Assembly: GCF_006345805.1 (NCBI RefSeq)
Contig: NC_043018.1
Coordinates: 12,152,001-12,216,000, forward strand
Source of the DNA: Octopus sinensis
Lineage: Eukaryota
Length of the DNA stretch: 64,000 nt
Direction: 5' to 3'
How positions within the stretch are numbered: position 1 is the stretch's first letter; each line of letters begins with the position of its first letter. Positions 32,044 to 41,220 of this stretch are shown in pieces. The notes below the pieces were generated by a model. The model saw only the letters and a list, made by a program, of their open reading frames with translations, was not told the DNA's origin and ran no database searches. The position numbers and the translations under genes were made by a program.

Positions 32044-34869
32044 GGGTGGCAGAATCAGTCTTCTGGCTTTGTTCTGAGTTCAAATGTCACCAAGGTTGAC
32101 TTTGCCTTTCATCACTAGGGTTGTTGTCATTGACTAGCCCCCCCCCCCCCCTCCGCCTTCCCAAAATTCCAGGCCTTGTGCATTTAGTAGAACAAACTAT
32201 TATTATTGGGCGATGGATTGGCACAGTTATTAGCAAGTTGTCAAAAATTCTTTTTGGTGTTTGACCCAGCTCTTGACTTTCTGAGTTCAAATTCCACAAA
32301 CTTTGCCTTTCATTGTTCCAGGGTCAATAATATGAAGTGTCAATCAATGGCATTGACCAGACTCCTCTCTCTCTCAAAATTGCTGGTCTTGTTCCTAAAT
32401 AAGAAACGGTAATAATAGTAACCTCTATTATCATAAAGTTATTACATGCAGGCAAAAGTTATCTTGGATTTTGGTAAAAATAATTCTCTTCAAATCTGAA
32501 GAATCTTTCTTAGGATTCTTGCAGAATACAAGTTGGCACTTTTCTGCAGATTGACAAAGCATGTCTCGGTTCCAATATCCTTCAGCTGGTGCAGCAGTTT
32601 GGGTGTTGTTCCACATGCACCATTTACCACAAACAACAACTGCCATCTTTGTCTTCCACACTCTCTTTATCTCTGGTTAGGTTCTGATATTTCTCTGACA
32701 TTGGCACACTGGATGAAATGCTTGCTGGCATTTCGTCTGCCTTTATGGCCCGAGTTCAAATGCCATTGAGGTCAGCTTTGCCTTTCATCATTTTAGGGTC
32801 AATTAAGTACTGATCGCATACTAGGATCAATGTAATTGACTTACCTCCTCCCGTCGAGATTGCTGGCCTTGCGCCAAAATTAGAAAGAATTATTTATGGT
32901 GGTCAAATGGAATTGGCAGAACTTTTAGAGTGTTGAACAAAACATGTTCTATTTATATTCTAAGCTCATGTAGTGACGCCATTTTGGAAATCTTCAGCAC
33001 ACATGTGCAGAGCTTGGATTCTTCCAGGGGGTCTACCAGAAGTTCCCTCATGCACAGAAAACTAGCAGCAGCAAAATTTCCCGTGTATCGATCTCTCTCG
33101 AATGCTGACAGCTGAACAGGGTGGTCGTGTTGTAGCAGCTCTCTCAAACTGCTGCCTCATGGCGTTGCTACACTATGCCTGGACGGACAGGATTTGGCTC
33201 ACTCCACTCGACTACTGCGACGAGCTCCTTGGCTACCGATTCGCCCTGAAGAAGAATGTATATATTACGAATCCAGAAATAAAAATATTTATGCTGTTGA
33301 AGATATTCGGAAGTCTTGGCTTTTCCTTTGATTAATAATTTAACGTAAGGGATGAGAGCTGCACCCCTCCAGTGTTACAAACCTTTTCATCCTGTTACAC
33401 TCAAATCCTGTGGATGTCAACATTGCCTCTCATCCATCCAAAGTCAATAAAATTCCAGTCAAGTACTGAGGTTGATATAAGCAACAGTTCACCTTCCTCT
33501 CAAATTCATAACATTGTGCTCTTGTTAGAAATGACTATTGTTTGTTTTAATATACTTTTAAAAAAGAACAACTGAAAATGTTATATAAAGGAAATATTAT
33601 ACTAAATCAAGGGTTAGCCCTATGTATCCTATGACAGTTTTCTCTTTTACGTGCCATGGTTCCCTTTTTGAGTCAGTATCTTGCAGCCAGCAGCACTCCT
33701 TGTTGCTAACCCTCTTACAACATAACTATTCTAAAACTGGGAATGTGTGCAGGATTAAAAGTTTAACTAGAAAATATTATGTAGTCAGAAATATTGATTA
33801 ATGTCTTATATTATTTTCACTTTTTCCAGCAAATAGGGGACAGTCTTAGACATGTTTTAGACTTATTTTGACCTCATCAGCAAAATATAACTTTCTCCAT
33901 GCCTTCCAAAGTAGTGATGACACAATAGCTAAGTATATGTACAAGGTTGTAAATTAATTGATTGAAGAAAATAGGACTGTAGAAAAATAATTGAGTCACC
34001 ATCTGTATGGAAAAATAATTTCATCATTTTTCCTCATCTTTGTTTATCTCTCTATATATAAACGGCAGTTTGTCTGTGTGCGTGTCTGTGTGTCTGTTAG
34101 GTTGTACCCTCACCCTGACCACGGCTTTCAACCGATTCTGATGAAACTTGACACACACATAGCCCAATGTCATAATTCAAAACTAACGCAGCGAAAATTT
34201 TGAAAAGTTCCCCCAGTTCAGAAAAAGATCGATAAATTCGACATGGGGTCGACAATCAGAAACACAAACCACAGATGGTCTAGGGGACGCAACTCGACCT
34301 TTTTAACTCTCAAAAAAATTTACCGTTATTTTTTTCACATTTTTTTGCTATTTTTTGGCTATAGCTCTCTAAAAATGCTTTATAGTTATTTCCCTTACAA
34401 ACCCGAGCAACGCCGGGCGATACTGCTAGTTGATTTTAAATGCTTCCCTTTCTCTTTCCACAGAAACAACGACTCTAAAGAAATCACAGTAACTTCAGAA
34501 GATGGGAAAGAACTGAAGTTTGCCATTGCTTATGGATTCCGAAACATCCAAAATATTGTCCAGAAGATTAAGCGAGGCAAGTGCCCATACCATTTTGTAG
34601 AAATTATGGCCTGTCCCTCTGGCTGTAACAATGGTGGGGGGCAAATCCGAGCTGCCTCCGCCACACAAGAAATGGCAAAGAGCACATTCTTACAAGTTGA
34701 AGAACTTTACAACTCTATTGACCTGATTGAACCCACAGAGGTTGAAGATGTTCAGAAACTGTACACTGAGTGGCTTGGAGGGCACGACTCCGAGAAATGC
34801 GCCTCCATGCTTCACACCCAGTACCACCATATAGAAAAAAATACAAATGTTTTAAATCTTAAATGGTAG
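8138..34869 (+). CDS. NARFL: Cytosolic Fe-S cluster assembly factor NARFL/CIAO3 (Nar1/IOP1, iron-only hydrogenase-like). Spliced CDS join(8138-8215,18026-18118,20205-20360,25157-25289,28306-28440,29344-29592,30594-30666,31458-31595,34464-34869), 486 aa
   Basis: Nine GT-AG bounded exons with matching phases total 1461 nt. Family motifs: [104 protein letters not shown], and a C-terminal Trp. Confidence 0.97.
9062..9970. mobile_element. Foldback / MITE-like element with long imperfect terminal inverted repeats
   Basis: About 9062-9330 is the reverse complement of about 9670-9970 (GGCCACC...AATAGGTGTAAAA..., GGAGAGGACTTTC...AAAATT); 9175-9330 is also tandemly repeated at 9330-9480. Confidence 0.8.
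12292..12352. repeat. 16-bp CpG-rich minisatellite (GGTCGTCTCCCGTCGT) x about 3.8
   Basis: Units start at 12292, 12308, 12324, 12340. Confidence 0.95.
13313..15111 (+). mobile_element. Degenerate Ty3/Gypsy LTR retrotransposon remnant (partial RT, RNase H, integrase)
   Basis: YIDD RT motif; RNase H VWCDASS...HINVA.LD.VLKG...TDS; integrase HHCC (HAMHHLG...CGRC) and D-D-E ([23 protein letters not shown]); TG...CA ends. Confidence 0.92.
15600..15866 (-). mobile_element. tRNA-derived SINE family E
   Basis: Minus-strand head TAGCTTAATGGTTAGGG...GTTCAATTCC plus CCTTGAGCAAGATACTTTATTTCAC...CCAGTCAACTCAGCTG; related + copy at 44243-44550. Confidence 0.78.
16270..17150 (+). mobile_element. RTE LINE 5' fragment, apurinic-like endonuclease domain
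   Basis: [61 protein letters not shown]. Confidence 0.88.
17502..17822. mobile_element. Head-to-head palindromic pair of a repeat, probably a Penelope-like pseudo-LTR; single copy of the same family at 57405-57630
   Basis: Arms 17502-17618 and 17646-17760 are reverse complements; contains a hammerhead-like motif; right arm runs into ATGGCTTATAAACACCTTCC as at 57537. Confidence 0.72.
17562..17612 (-). ncRNA. Minimal type I hammerhead-like motif with G3:C8 core variant and palindromic helix III
   Basis: TTTGTCA-GTGAACA-G-GTTGT-ggtctcaaa-GCGAC-GAA-AATATT-T-TGACAAA: helix I 7 bp, helix II 5 bp (two G-U pairs). Confidence 0.65.
18026..18118 (+). CDS. NARFL: NARFL coding exon 2 ([31 protein letters not shown])
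   Basis: Acceptor tttcttccatcag, donor gtaagt, 93 nt; C..P and IEDDGSY motifs. Confidence 0.93.
18580..19248 (+). mobile_element. Internally deleted Tc1/mariner-superfamily (maT/DD37D-like) DNA transposon
   Basis: TA|CAGGGT...ACCCTG|TA ends; remnant [11 protein letters not shown]...[12 protein letters not shown]...[12 protein letters not shown]. Confidence 0.88.
19285..19865 (+). mobile_element. RTE 3'-UTR copy with several modules, preceded by a short SINE-E tail fragment
   Basis: GTGGCAC modules and conserved GGTTGGCATTAGGAAGGGCATCC tail. Confidence 0.8.
20205..20360 (+). CDS. NARFL: NARFL coding exon 3 ([28 protein letters not shown]...)
   Basis: Acceptor tttgttcag, donor gtagac, 156 nt; N-terminal Fe-S Cys cluster. 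Confidence 0.95.
20870..21150 (-). mobile_element. 3' fragment of a restriction-like-endonuclease non-LTR retrotransposon (R4/Dong-like)
   Basis: KYQGLAKEL...IPLVIG...[28 protein letters not shown]; related fragments at 23680-23880(-) and 32490-32670(-). Confidence 0.7.
21270..22830 (+). repeat. Tandemly amplified RTE 3'-UTR array with nested VNTRs
   Basis: About four 250-400 bp macro-units; inner 33/39-bp repeats (TGTGACACTTGTGAAGACCTGTTGAGGCAAGTG); about 60-bp modules; one terminal (GAT)n tail at 22810-22830. Confidence 0.93.
23680..23880 (-). mobile_element. R4/Dong-like LINE 3' fragment
   Basis: [15 protein letters not shown]...[13 protein letters not shown]. Confidence 0.7.
25157..25289 (+). 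CDS. NARFL: NARFL coding exon 4 ([19 protein letters not shown]...TAFFKGLG)
   Basis: Acceptor ttttag, donor gtaagg, 133 nt, ends phase 1. Confidence 0.95.
25395..25850 (-). mobile_element. RTE 3'-UTR copy
   Basis: Reverse complement of tail plus about four modules. Confidence 0.88.
26790..27070 (-). mobile_element. Tc1/mariner-superfamily transposase N-terminal (HTH) fragment
   Basis: [16 protein letters not shown]...[24 protein letters not shown]; overlaps in sequence with the + fragment at 27712-27783. Confidence 0.7.
27710..28100 (+). mobile_element. Tc1/mariner-superfamily (maT-like) transposase fragment
   Basis: [15 protein letters not shown]...[20 protein letters not shown]...VMVWVAV...PLIFVP.GIKINT. 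Confidence 0.82.
28306..28440 (+). CDS. NARFL: NARFL coding exon 5 ([18 protein letters not shown]...PMLTSACPG)
   Basis: Acceptor ttattccag, donor gtaaga, 135 nt, phase 1-1. Confidence 0.95.
29344..29592 (+). CDS. NARFL: NARFL coding exon 6 ([10 protein letters not shown]...[15 protein letters not shown]...RDVDCVIST)
   Basis: Acceptor tttctccaag, donor gtgagt, 249 nt, phase 1-1. Confidence 0.96.
29635..30000 (-). mobile_element. RTE tail fragment joined to a decayed RT N-terminal fragment
   Basis: Minus strand [23 protein letters not shown]. Confidence 0.8.
30594..30666 (+). CDS. NARFL: NARFL coding exon 7 ([24 protein letters not shown])
   Basis: Acceptor ttttcttggccag, donor gtaagt, 73 nt, phase 1-2. 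Confidence 0.88.
31458..31595 (+). CDS. NARFL: NARFL coding exon 8 ([27 protein letters not shown]...LKTLR)
   Basis: Acceptor gttgcag, donor gtaaga, 138 nt, phase 2-2; GGGSGG motif. Confidence 0.94.
31690..32410 (+). mobile_element. Cluster of SINE family C copies with (ATT)n tails
   Basis: Core GTCAACTTTGCCTTTCATCCTTT..GGGTCGATAAATTAAGTACCAG, which resembles the Meta-SINE domain (from memory, unverified); long (ATT)n at about 31986-32043; further copies near 30290-30530, 32680-32940, 33340-33545. Confidence 0.78.
32490..32670 (-). mobile_element. R4/Dong-like LINE 3' fragment
   Basis: Frameshifted [20 protein letters not shown]...[16 protein letters not shown]. Confidence 0.65.
34047..34429 (+). 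mobile_element. Non-autonomous Helitron (383 bp)
   Basis: A|TC start, CCCG...CGGG subterminal hairpin, CTAG|T end, no TSD. Confidence 0.85.
34464..34869 (+). CDS. NARFL: NARFL terminal coding exon 9 ([12 protein letters not shown]...[13 protein letters not shown]...[18 protein letters not shown])
   Basis: Acceptor tttctctttccacag; TAG stop ending at 34869. Confidence 0.96.
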
Positions 34870-34887
34870 AAAATGTTTCAACTATAA

Positions 34888-34893
34888 AATAAA
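34888..34893 (+). terminator. Candidate polyadenylation signal of NARFL
   Basis: AATAAA 19 nt after the stop, followed by AT/T-rich sequence; usage not provable from sequence. Confidence 0.45.
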
Positions 34894-34919
34894 TTAATTA
34901 ATGTTTTAATTATTTAATC

Positions 34920-35190
34920 AGATTTGGTCGGGTGGATATAGTTGATTAACTTGATCCCAGTGCTTGATTGGTATTTTATTTTATCAATCCTTGAAGAATG
35001 TAAGTGGGATTTGAACTCAGAATGTGAAGAGCCTTAACGAATGCTTTAATACATTTTGTCTGACACGCTAACGATTCTACCAATTTACAGTCCTTAATGA
35101 TATATTCTAACATGGGCACAAGGCTACAAATTTGGAGGGACAGCTTAATTGATTAAATTAACCCTGACTTCACAACTGGTACTTTATATT
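34920..35190 (-). mobile_element. Degenerate SINE family C copies just 3' of NARFL
   Basis: GGATTTGAACTCAGAATG B-box reverse complement and TGGTACTTTAT core; more copies at about 35790-35940, 40010-40160, 40350-40500, 40690-40875, 49700-49830, 54260-54470. Confidence 0.68.
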
Positions 35191-35199
35191 ATTAATTCT

Positions 35200-35775
35200 G
35201 GGACCTTTGGAAATATGCTGTGCTTGAGAAGACTTGGCAAGCTCAAGTGAGACCATAACCTTGTGGCCTATGCCAGGGGTGTAACCAGCCCACTTATGCG
35301 TACCTTAAACCCTACTTGCGGAGACCTGTTGAGGCAAGTGAAATTGAAATCAAATTCAATGACTGGCATCCGTGTTAGTGGAGCACTAAGAGCACCATCT
35401 GAGCGAGATCGTTGCCAGAGCAACAAGCTGGCTTCCGTGCCGATGGCACCATTCGAGTGTGATCATTACCTGCGTCACCTTACTGGCACTTGTGCTGGTG
35501 GCACGTGAAAAAACATTCAAGCGAGGTCGTTGCCAGTGCCACTGAACTGGCTCCTGTGCAGGTGGCACATAAAAAGCACCATTTGGGCATGGCCGTTGCC
35601 AGTACCACTACACTCTTGGAGTGGTTGGTGTTAGGAAGGGCATCCAGCTGTAGAAACTCTGGCAGATCAGATTGGAGTGTGGTGCAGCCATCTGGTTCAC
35701 CAGACCTCAGTCAAATCGTCCAACCCATGCCAGCATGGAAAGCAGGCATTAAACGATGATGATGATGATGATGAA
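35200..35775 (+). mobile_element. 5'-truncated RTE copy (last ORF codons plus modular 3' UTR plus (GAT)n)
   Basis: Begins GACCTTTGGAAATATGCTGTGCTTGAGAAGAC, as at about 977. Confidence 0.88.
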
Positions 35776-37307
35776 TTAAACTTAGAGGTTTTTCCAAATA
35801 ACTTCTAACATAATCTCAAGGCCTGAGATTTTGAGAGAGTGTACAGTTGATCCAAGCAGTCACCATGGTAGTTAATTTATCAATTTACCCCACCCCTCAA
35901 GAATGCTGCCTTGTGTCAAAATTAGAAAGAATTATTATTACTAAAGGGACCCGTGGAAATTCCACCGAATGAAAAAGATTAAGAGAAGCTATTTAAGAAA
36001 GGATGATTTTCATTTTTATTATGCTAAGTTATTTCACTTCTAGTCACAATAATATCTTATATGATTTTAAAATTTCCCTCTGTTAAACCTTTCTATATTC
36101 CTCTCTTTCTACCTACCTCTTCAACCAATTTTTTAACCATGTAATTCCCCTCTTTGTGTCTTTAATATTTCTGTCTTTCTTCTCACCTCTCACTTCCACT
36201 AACCACATGAATAGCAGCATAATGCATCAGCTGGCTATCTGCTCTCTCACATTCCCTCTTCTTCTCTCTCACTCTACTTCCTCCTCCTCTCTAACAAACT
36301 AAAGTGTAAAGTGTGAATGAACAGGTTGAAGAATAATATAGATTTAGTTCAATAAAAAAACAATACTTTTCTCTATCAACACCACCACCACCATCACCAT
36401 CATCACCATCATCATCACTATAGTTTTCAGTAACAAAACTCGTTTCATTTCACTTCAGTCCAGCTGTGTGTTTATATCTACTTTTTCTTGCTGTCAATGT
36501 ATCTCTACTTTGACAATACAAATGCTCTCTGCCTCTCTCTCTCTCTTAATGTAACTGCCTCACCTGTCCATCTCTCTCTCTATCTGCCTTTCTTTAACCT
36601 CACCACCAGAACATCACCTTCTACTAAATATTAAACCCTAAACATATCTCTTCCTCTTTACCTTCCCTACAGCATGTACTTAACACTTCTATTGCTCTCC
36701 GTCTCTCCCTTCAACTCACCATTTGACACATTTGGCCTTCTCTACTTCTTTCTTCTCTACTCACACTCCTCCTCCCTCCTTCTCACTTACTCCACATCCA
36801 CCTTTCGAACCAACTAAAATATAATGGGTGGATGAACAAGTAGATTATTCTGCAGATTATTTATGGTGGTGAAATGGAATTGGCAGAACTTTTAGAGTGT
36901 TGAACGAATTTGGATTAAGTTGGCTGCTACAGCATTTTCCAGTATTTTAACTTTTAGGGAACCTTTGGAATACATTCCATGCGTCAATGAAACCCAACAT
37001 AAAATTTATTATAAATTTTTATTAATCGCTTCCTGACTCTCTGATGGGGCTGGCCCCTCTTTTCATAATTTCTTCTTTTCCTCTATTTCTTTTATTCTGT
37101 GACAACAGGCTGTTGGTCCCTATCAGCCTACATTTGGATCTTATGTTTCTACTGGCAAGGTGAGTCCTGTTGTTGCTCTGAAAAAGCCTCCAATTTATGC
37201 TTCTGGCCACATTTGCACATATTGCTTATATCAGTTATTTGAAATCATTTCCAAACTTCTTTTCAGTGCTTAATAGGATGAAATTTTGCATCTAGCTATA
37301 AAAAAAA

Positions 37308-37937
37308 TGAGGGTAAGTCAAAATTATTTGCATTTTTTCCATAACATCTCTTTGTTATTGTCACTCTGCCTTGGGCACATGCATGCAGTACCACATGGTA
37401 CTATTGTGGTCATGTGATCAAAGTTTGAACCTGGTCGTACCATTTTTCTTTCTAGTTTTATAGTGTAAGCATGGCCACTCCACTAGCAATGTGCACCAAA
37501 GAAGAACAAAGATCTGAGAGATGGTAATGGTGAACCAGTTTACCATTACCCTCTCTTGAGCTTGTTGAACCTTCTCTCATCAGTGGTGGAGGTTGACGTG
37601 TGTCATGCTTGTCCGGCCACTTTTAAACTTTTTGATCCACTCATACACACCTCTACGCATTACTGCACTCTCCCCATATTGTGCTCCAATGAATTTCACA
37701 CCTGACACACCTGATCAGAGAAATTGGATCACTGCTCTTTGGTGCACATTGCTAGTGGAGTGGCCATGCTTACACTGTAAAGCCAGAAAGAAAAACGGTA
37801 CGACCAGGCTCAAACTTCGATCACATGACCACCATAGTACCAACCATGTGGTACTGCATGCATGTGCCGAAGTCAGTGTGATAATAATAATAAAGATACG
37901 TTGTAGCGAAAGTTTGGATTATTTTTGACTTCCCTTG
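37308..37937. mobile_element. Mariner-type MITE with about 195-bp terminal inverted repeats
   Basis: TGAGGGTAAGTCAAAA left, TTTTTGACTTCCCTTG|TA right; inner arm segments 37374-37500 and 37735-37868 nearly perfectly complementary. Confidence 0.82.
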
Positions 37938-39360
37938 TAATTTCCCTGTAACAATATCAAATGCTGATATACAACTTCACTCAACCTGTTCCCTGCTAAA
38001 TGGAAAACAAAGAAAAAAATGTTAAATAGTTTCACAGGTATCTCAGGTATCTATTTTAGCCAGCAATGTTAATTCTTTAAGATTAGAATTTTTTTTTCTC
38101 CTGGATAAGACACCCGTCTTTCTCACAAGCAATTATTTTTCTTTAGAAGAGGAATTAACCCCAGAGTTGCAAACCAATCAAAACACTTGTCAGTTTGATG
38201 AAGTTGTCATTGATGTCATTTCTGGTTGAGCAAATGTTTAAAGACACTCCAGCCATGATTACCCTGTCTTTTAGGGGCACATGTACAATTACGCTACACT
38301 ATTCAGCCTGTTCCTTTTGCTTCCCCCCCCCCTAGATGGCTAAAATTTGATGTAAATCTGGCTGCTATTTCTAGCAGGTCAATGACAAGACAGGAGTTGG
38401 TTCATGGTAGCTAAGTGTCTTTTTAGATCATAGACATATTACAGTGTTTGCTAATATGACCGTGTTATCCCGTTACTTCATTGACTCAGCTGTTTGTGGA
38501 CCCAATAGAAAAACAGCTCTCAGGAATCAATCTTAAATTATATTAAAGAGTTTTCGTTATTAACGAACATTCATTTATATTCTGTTATGGAAATTAAGTT
38601 TTCACAGAGAAACTATTCTAATGATTTCCACTGAATTTTGGTTCATGTACAAATGTAAATTGTGTTATGAATTAAAATTTTAAATGTTCACGAAAGGTTT
38701 AATTTGGTTATATCTTTCAATTTATTCTTGTTGTAACATTTATCAAACAATGGTGCATGTATGGTTTTAGGGTTAAGAAGTTAACTGCAATCCTAGGATT
38801 TTTAGGTTCACTCCCACCGTGTGGCTGAGGTAAGTGTTATCTTTCTGCATAAAACAAAAGATGTCTGTATGTGTAGTACATATGCATTTCTACTGATTTC
38901 CACCAAACTTTACACACACATTACTTATGTCCCAAGGATGGTCATGCACTAAACATTTTGCCCAGAGCTCCCGCATAAAGTGAGAAACCGAGAAAACTGG
39001 CGTTTTACATGGGTTTTTTCCCTAAAAACTTTTGCAGTTTTCAACTGATTCTCTCCCTTTTCTCATTTTGTTTCTCTCTCCCCTTCAGTACCCCCTGACT
39101 GGCCCTCGTGCTGGTGGCACGTAAAACCACCCACTCAGTCAAGGGTGGCTTACCAACAACAGCATATCCTGTTGAACAAGCAAACTAATTAAAGAAAAAC
39201 AACAAAGAGAAGTAATGATTATAAACCTTTTTATTTGAGTAGAGTCAATGGTAAATGATGATGAGATGAATATGAGATGAGTTTACAATCTAAATATGTT
39301 TTGTGTTTCCAAATTGGTAAATAGAAAGACATTTTTTTAAGAAGTTATATATATATATAT

Positions 39361-39543
39361 TCGCCATGATAGATCGTTAGCCTCTACACACATTTGTTTC
39401 TCTCCTTGTTTTTTTTCTGTGTCCCTTTCTGTAGAAGAGCGTAGGCTCGAAACGTAAAAAACTTTTTCTATTCCTGAGCGTTATACTAATACATCTGTTT
39501 GTTTTGTACACCACCTGTCTTTGTCTTTTTCGTAAACTCTCCC
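39361..39543 (+). mobile_element. Probable solo Penelope-like pseudo-LTR inserted in a (TA)n tract
   Basis: Flanked by (TA)n on both sides, T-rich body, carries a minimal hammerhead-like motif. Confidence 0.6.
39421..39462 (+). ncRNA. Minimal type I hammerhead-like motif, A6U variant, palindromic helix III (ACGT)
   Basis: TTT-CTGTAGA(39429-39435)-A-GAGC-gtag-GCTC-GAA-ACGT-A-AAA; helix I only 3 bp in this copy. Confidence 0.6.
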
Positions 39544-41104
39544 TATATATATATATATATATATTTATTTACTTAATATACAGTATTTTGTCTCCATGGT
39601 CACCATTTTAAAAAAGTGTGAGTAAATAAGTTTGCATATAGTTGAGGAGAGGTTGAGTGTGAAAGATCTCTCTACTTTTTTAAATTGATTGTTATTATTA
39701 TTTGCCTGTCCCCATAATCAGCAGCTGAAAAATATCTGGGAACCACAAAGATGGCAACTTGCATTTGACTTTTCCTTCTTTATTAGGTTCTTCATTATAT
39801 ATATTTTTTTTGCTTTTGTTTGTGGAGAAGAGGGATGGTGACATCTCAAATTGATAAAACCAGGACAATTAGCTAAACTCAAGTTTGTTGAGAAGGATGA
39901 TGAGGCAAGAAATAGAAAAGAAATTTACACTAAAATTGCAAATCAATAAAAATAATTTTCTAATTCAAGCAACAAAAGCAGCAATTTTGTGAGGAGGACT
40001 GTTCGTCGATACCACTGACCCCTATATTTAACTGGTGATTCATTCTACCAGCCCTGAAAGGATGAATTGCAAAGGTGACCTTGGTGGGATTTGAACTCAA
40101 AATGTGAAAAGCCAGAATGATTAGTGAGGATACTTTATCTGACACTAATGATTCTACCAATCCACCTTAGAAAACTGAAAGGAAATTCTTCCTTCCAGAT
40201 TCAATACATTGACTTGAATTGGAATCCCTACCAAAGATTTCGGATTCTGATTCTGACATAATCATTAATTCAGAGTTCCAAGCTTGAAGCTGCTGCCACA
40301 ACTTTTTTTCCCACCCATGTTAAATAGAAATCTGAAAATTATAATAATTATTTCTAATTTAGGCCCAAAGCCAGCAGTTTGAGGAGAGGGAATTAGCTGA
40401 TACCATCAACCCCAGAACTTGGTACTTTATTTCATAAACCTTAAAATGATTAAAGGCAAAGTTGCCCTTGGCAGTATTTGAACTCAGAATGAAATAATGA
40501 TTCTGTCAGTTTGTTGCTATTTTGAACATTTTAATAATTCTGCCATTCCTGTTCACAAAAATACCAAGTTACAAGTTTAGGGTAAAAAGAAGGGTCAGTT
40601 CCACAAAGGATAACTGAGCTACTCAGGGTTTGAGCTCAGAATGTTGAGTAACATCACTGAATGCCACATGGCAAAGTATTCGAATGATAATAATAATGGT
40701 TTCAAATTTTGGCAGGTCAATTACATCAACCCCAGTGTTCAACTGGTACTTATTTTATTGACCCTAAAAGGATGGAAAGCAAAGATGACCTCGGTGGAAT
40801 TTGAACTCAGAACATAAAGATGGACAAAATCTCGCTACGCATTTTGTCTGGCATTCTAACGAGTCTGCTAAGTTGCTACCTAAATAAATGATTGAGAGGA
40901 ATGTTTAACAACTGCTTAATAAGATGGAACAATCAGGAGAGACTCAGAGTTTGTTGTTTTAGAGGCAGGTTTTTTTGTGTGTGTCTCTGGCTGTTTTTGG
41001 ATCATCATTAAAGTGGGCAACACAGAACAGAAGCAAATATATTCCAAATGTTTGGGGCAAACAATGAATATGTTTGTCTCTCAATCTCTATAAAAAGTAA
41101 CATT

Positions 41105-41220
41105 TTACTGTGTAGTCTCCAAGTTCAATAACTGAAGGGCTTCAGATATATAAGAGCTGGTCTCAATGGCTGTTACTATTCCAACAACAAACGCTTTCTC
41201 AAGAATCACACTGGCGTGTT
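41105..41220 (-). CDS. INTS1: INTS1 terminal exon (EHASVILEKAFVVGIVTAIETSSYISEALQLLNLETTQ*)
   Basis: Acceptor ctgttcccacag; TAA stop; matches the INTS1 C-terminus (EH...AF.VG......ISEAL). Confidence 0.93.

Noticed and set aside
34243-34463. N-terminal 74 aa of the listed 208-aa ORF
   Set aside because: Translated Helitron and intron; true NARFL homology begins at the acceptor at 34464
37022-37210. Possible INTS1 terminal exon
   Set aside because: No homology; the real terminal exon is 41105-41220
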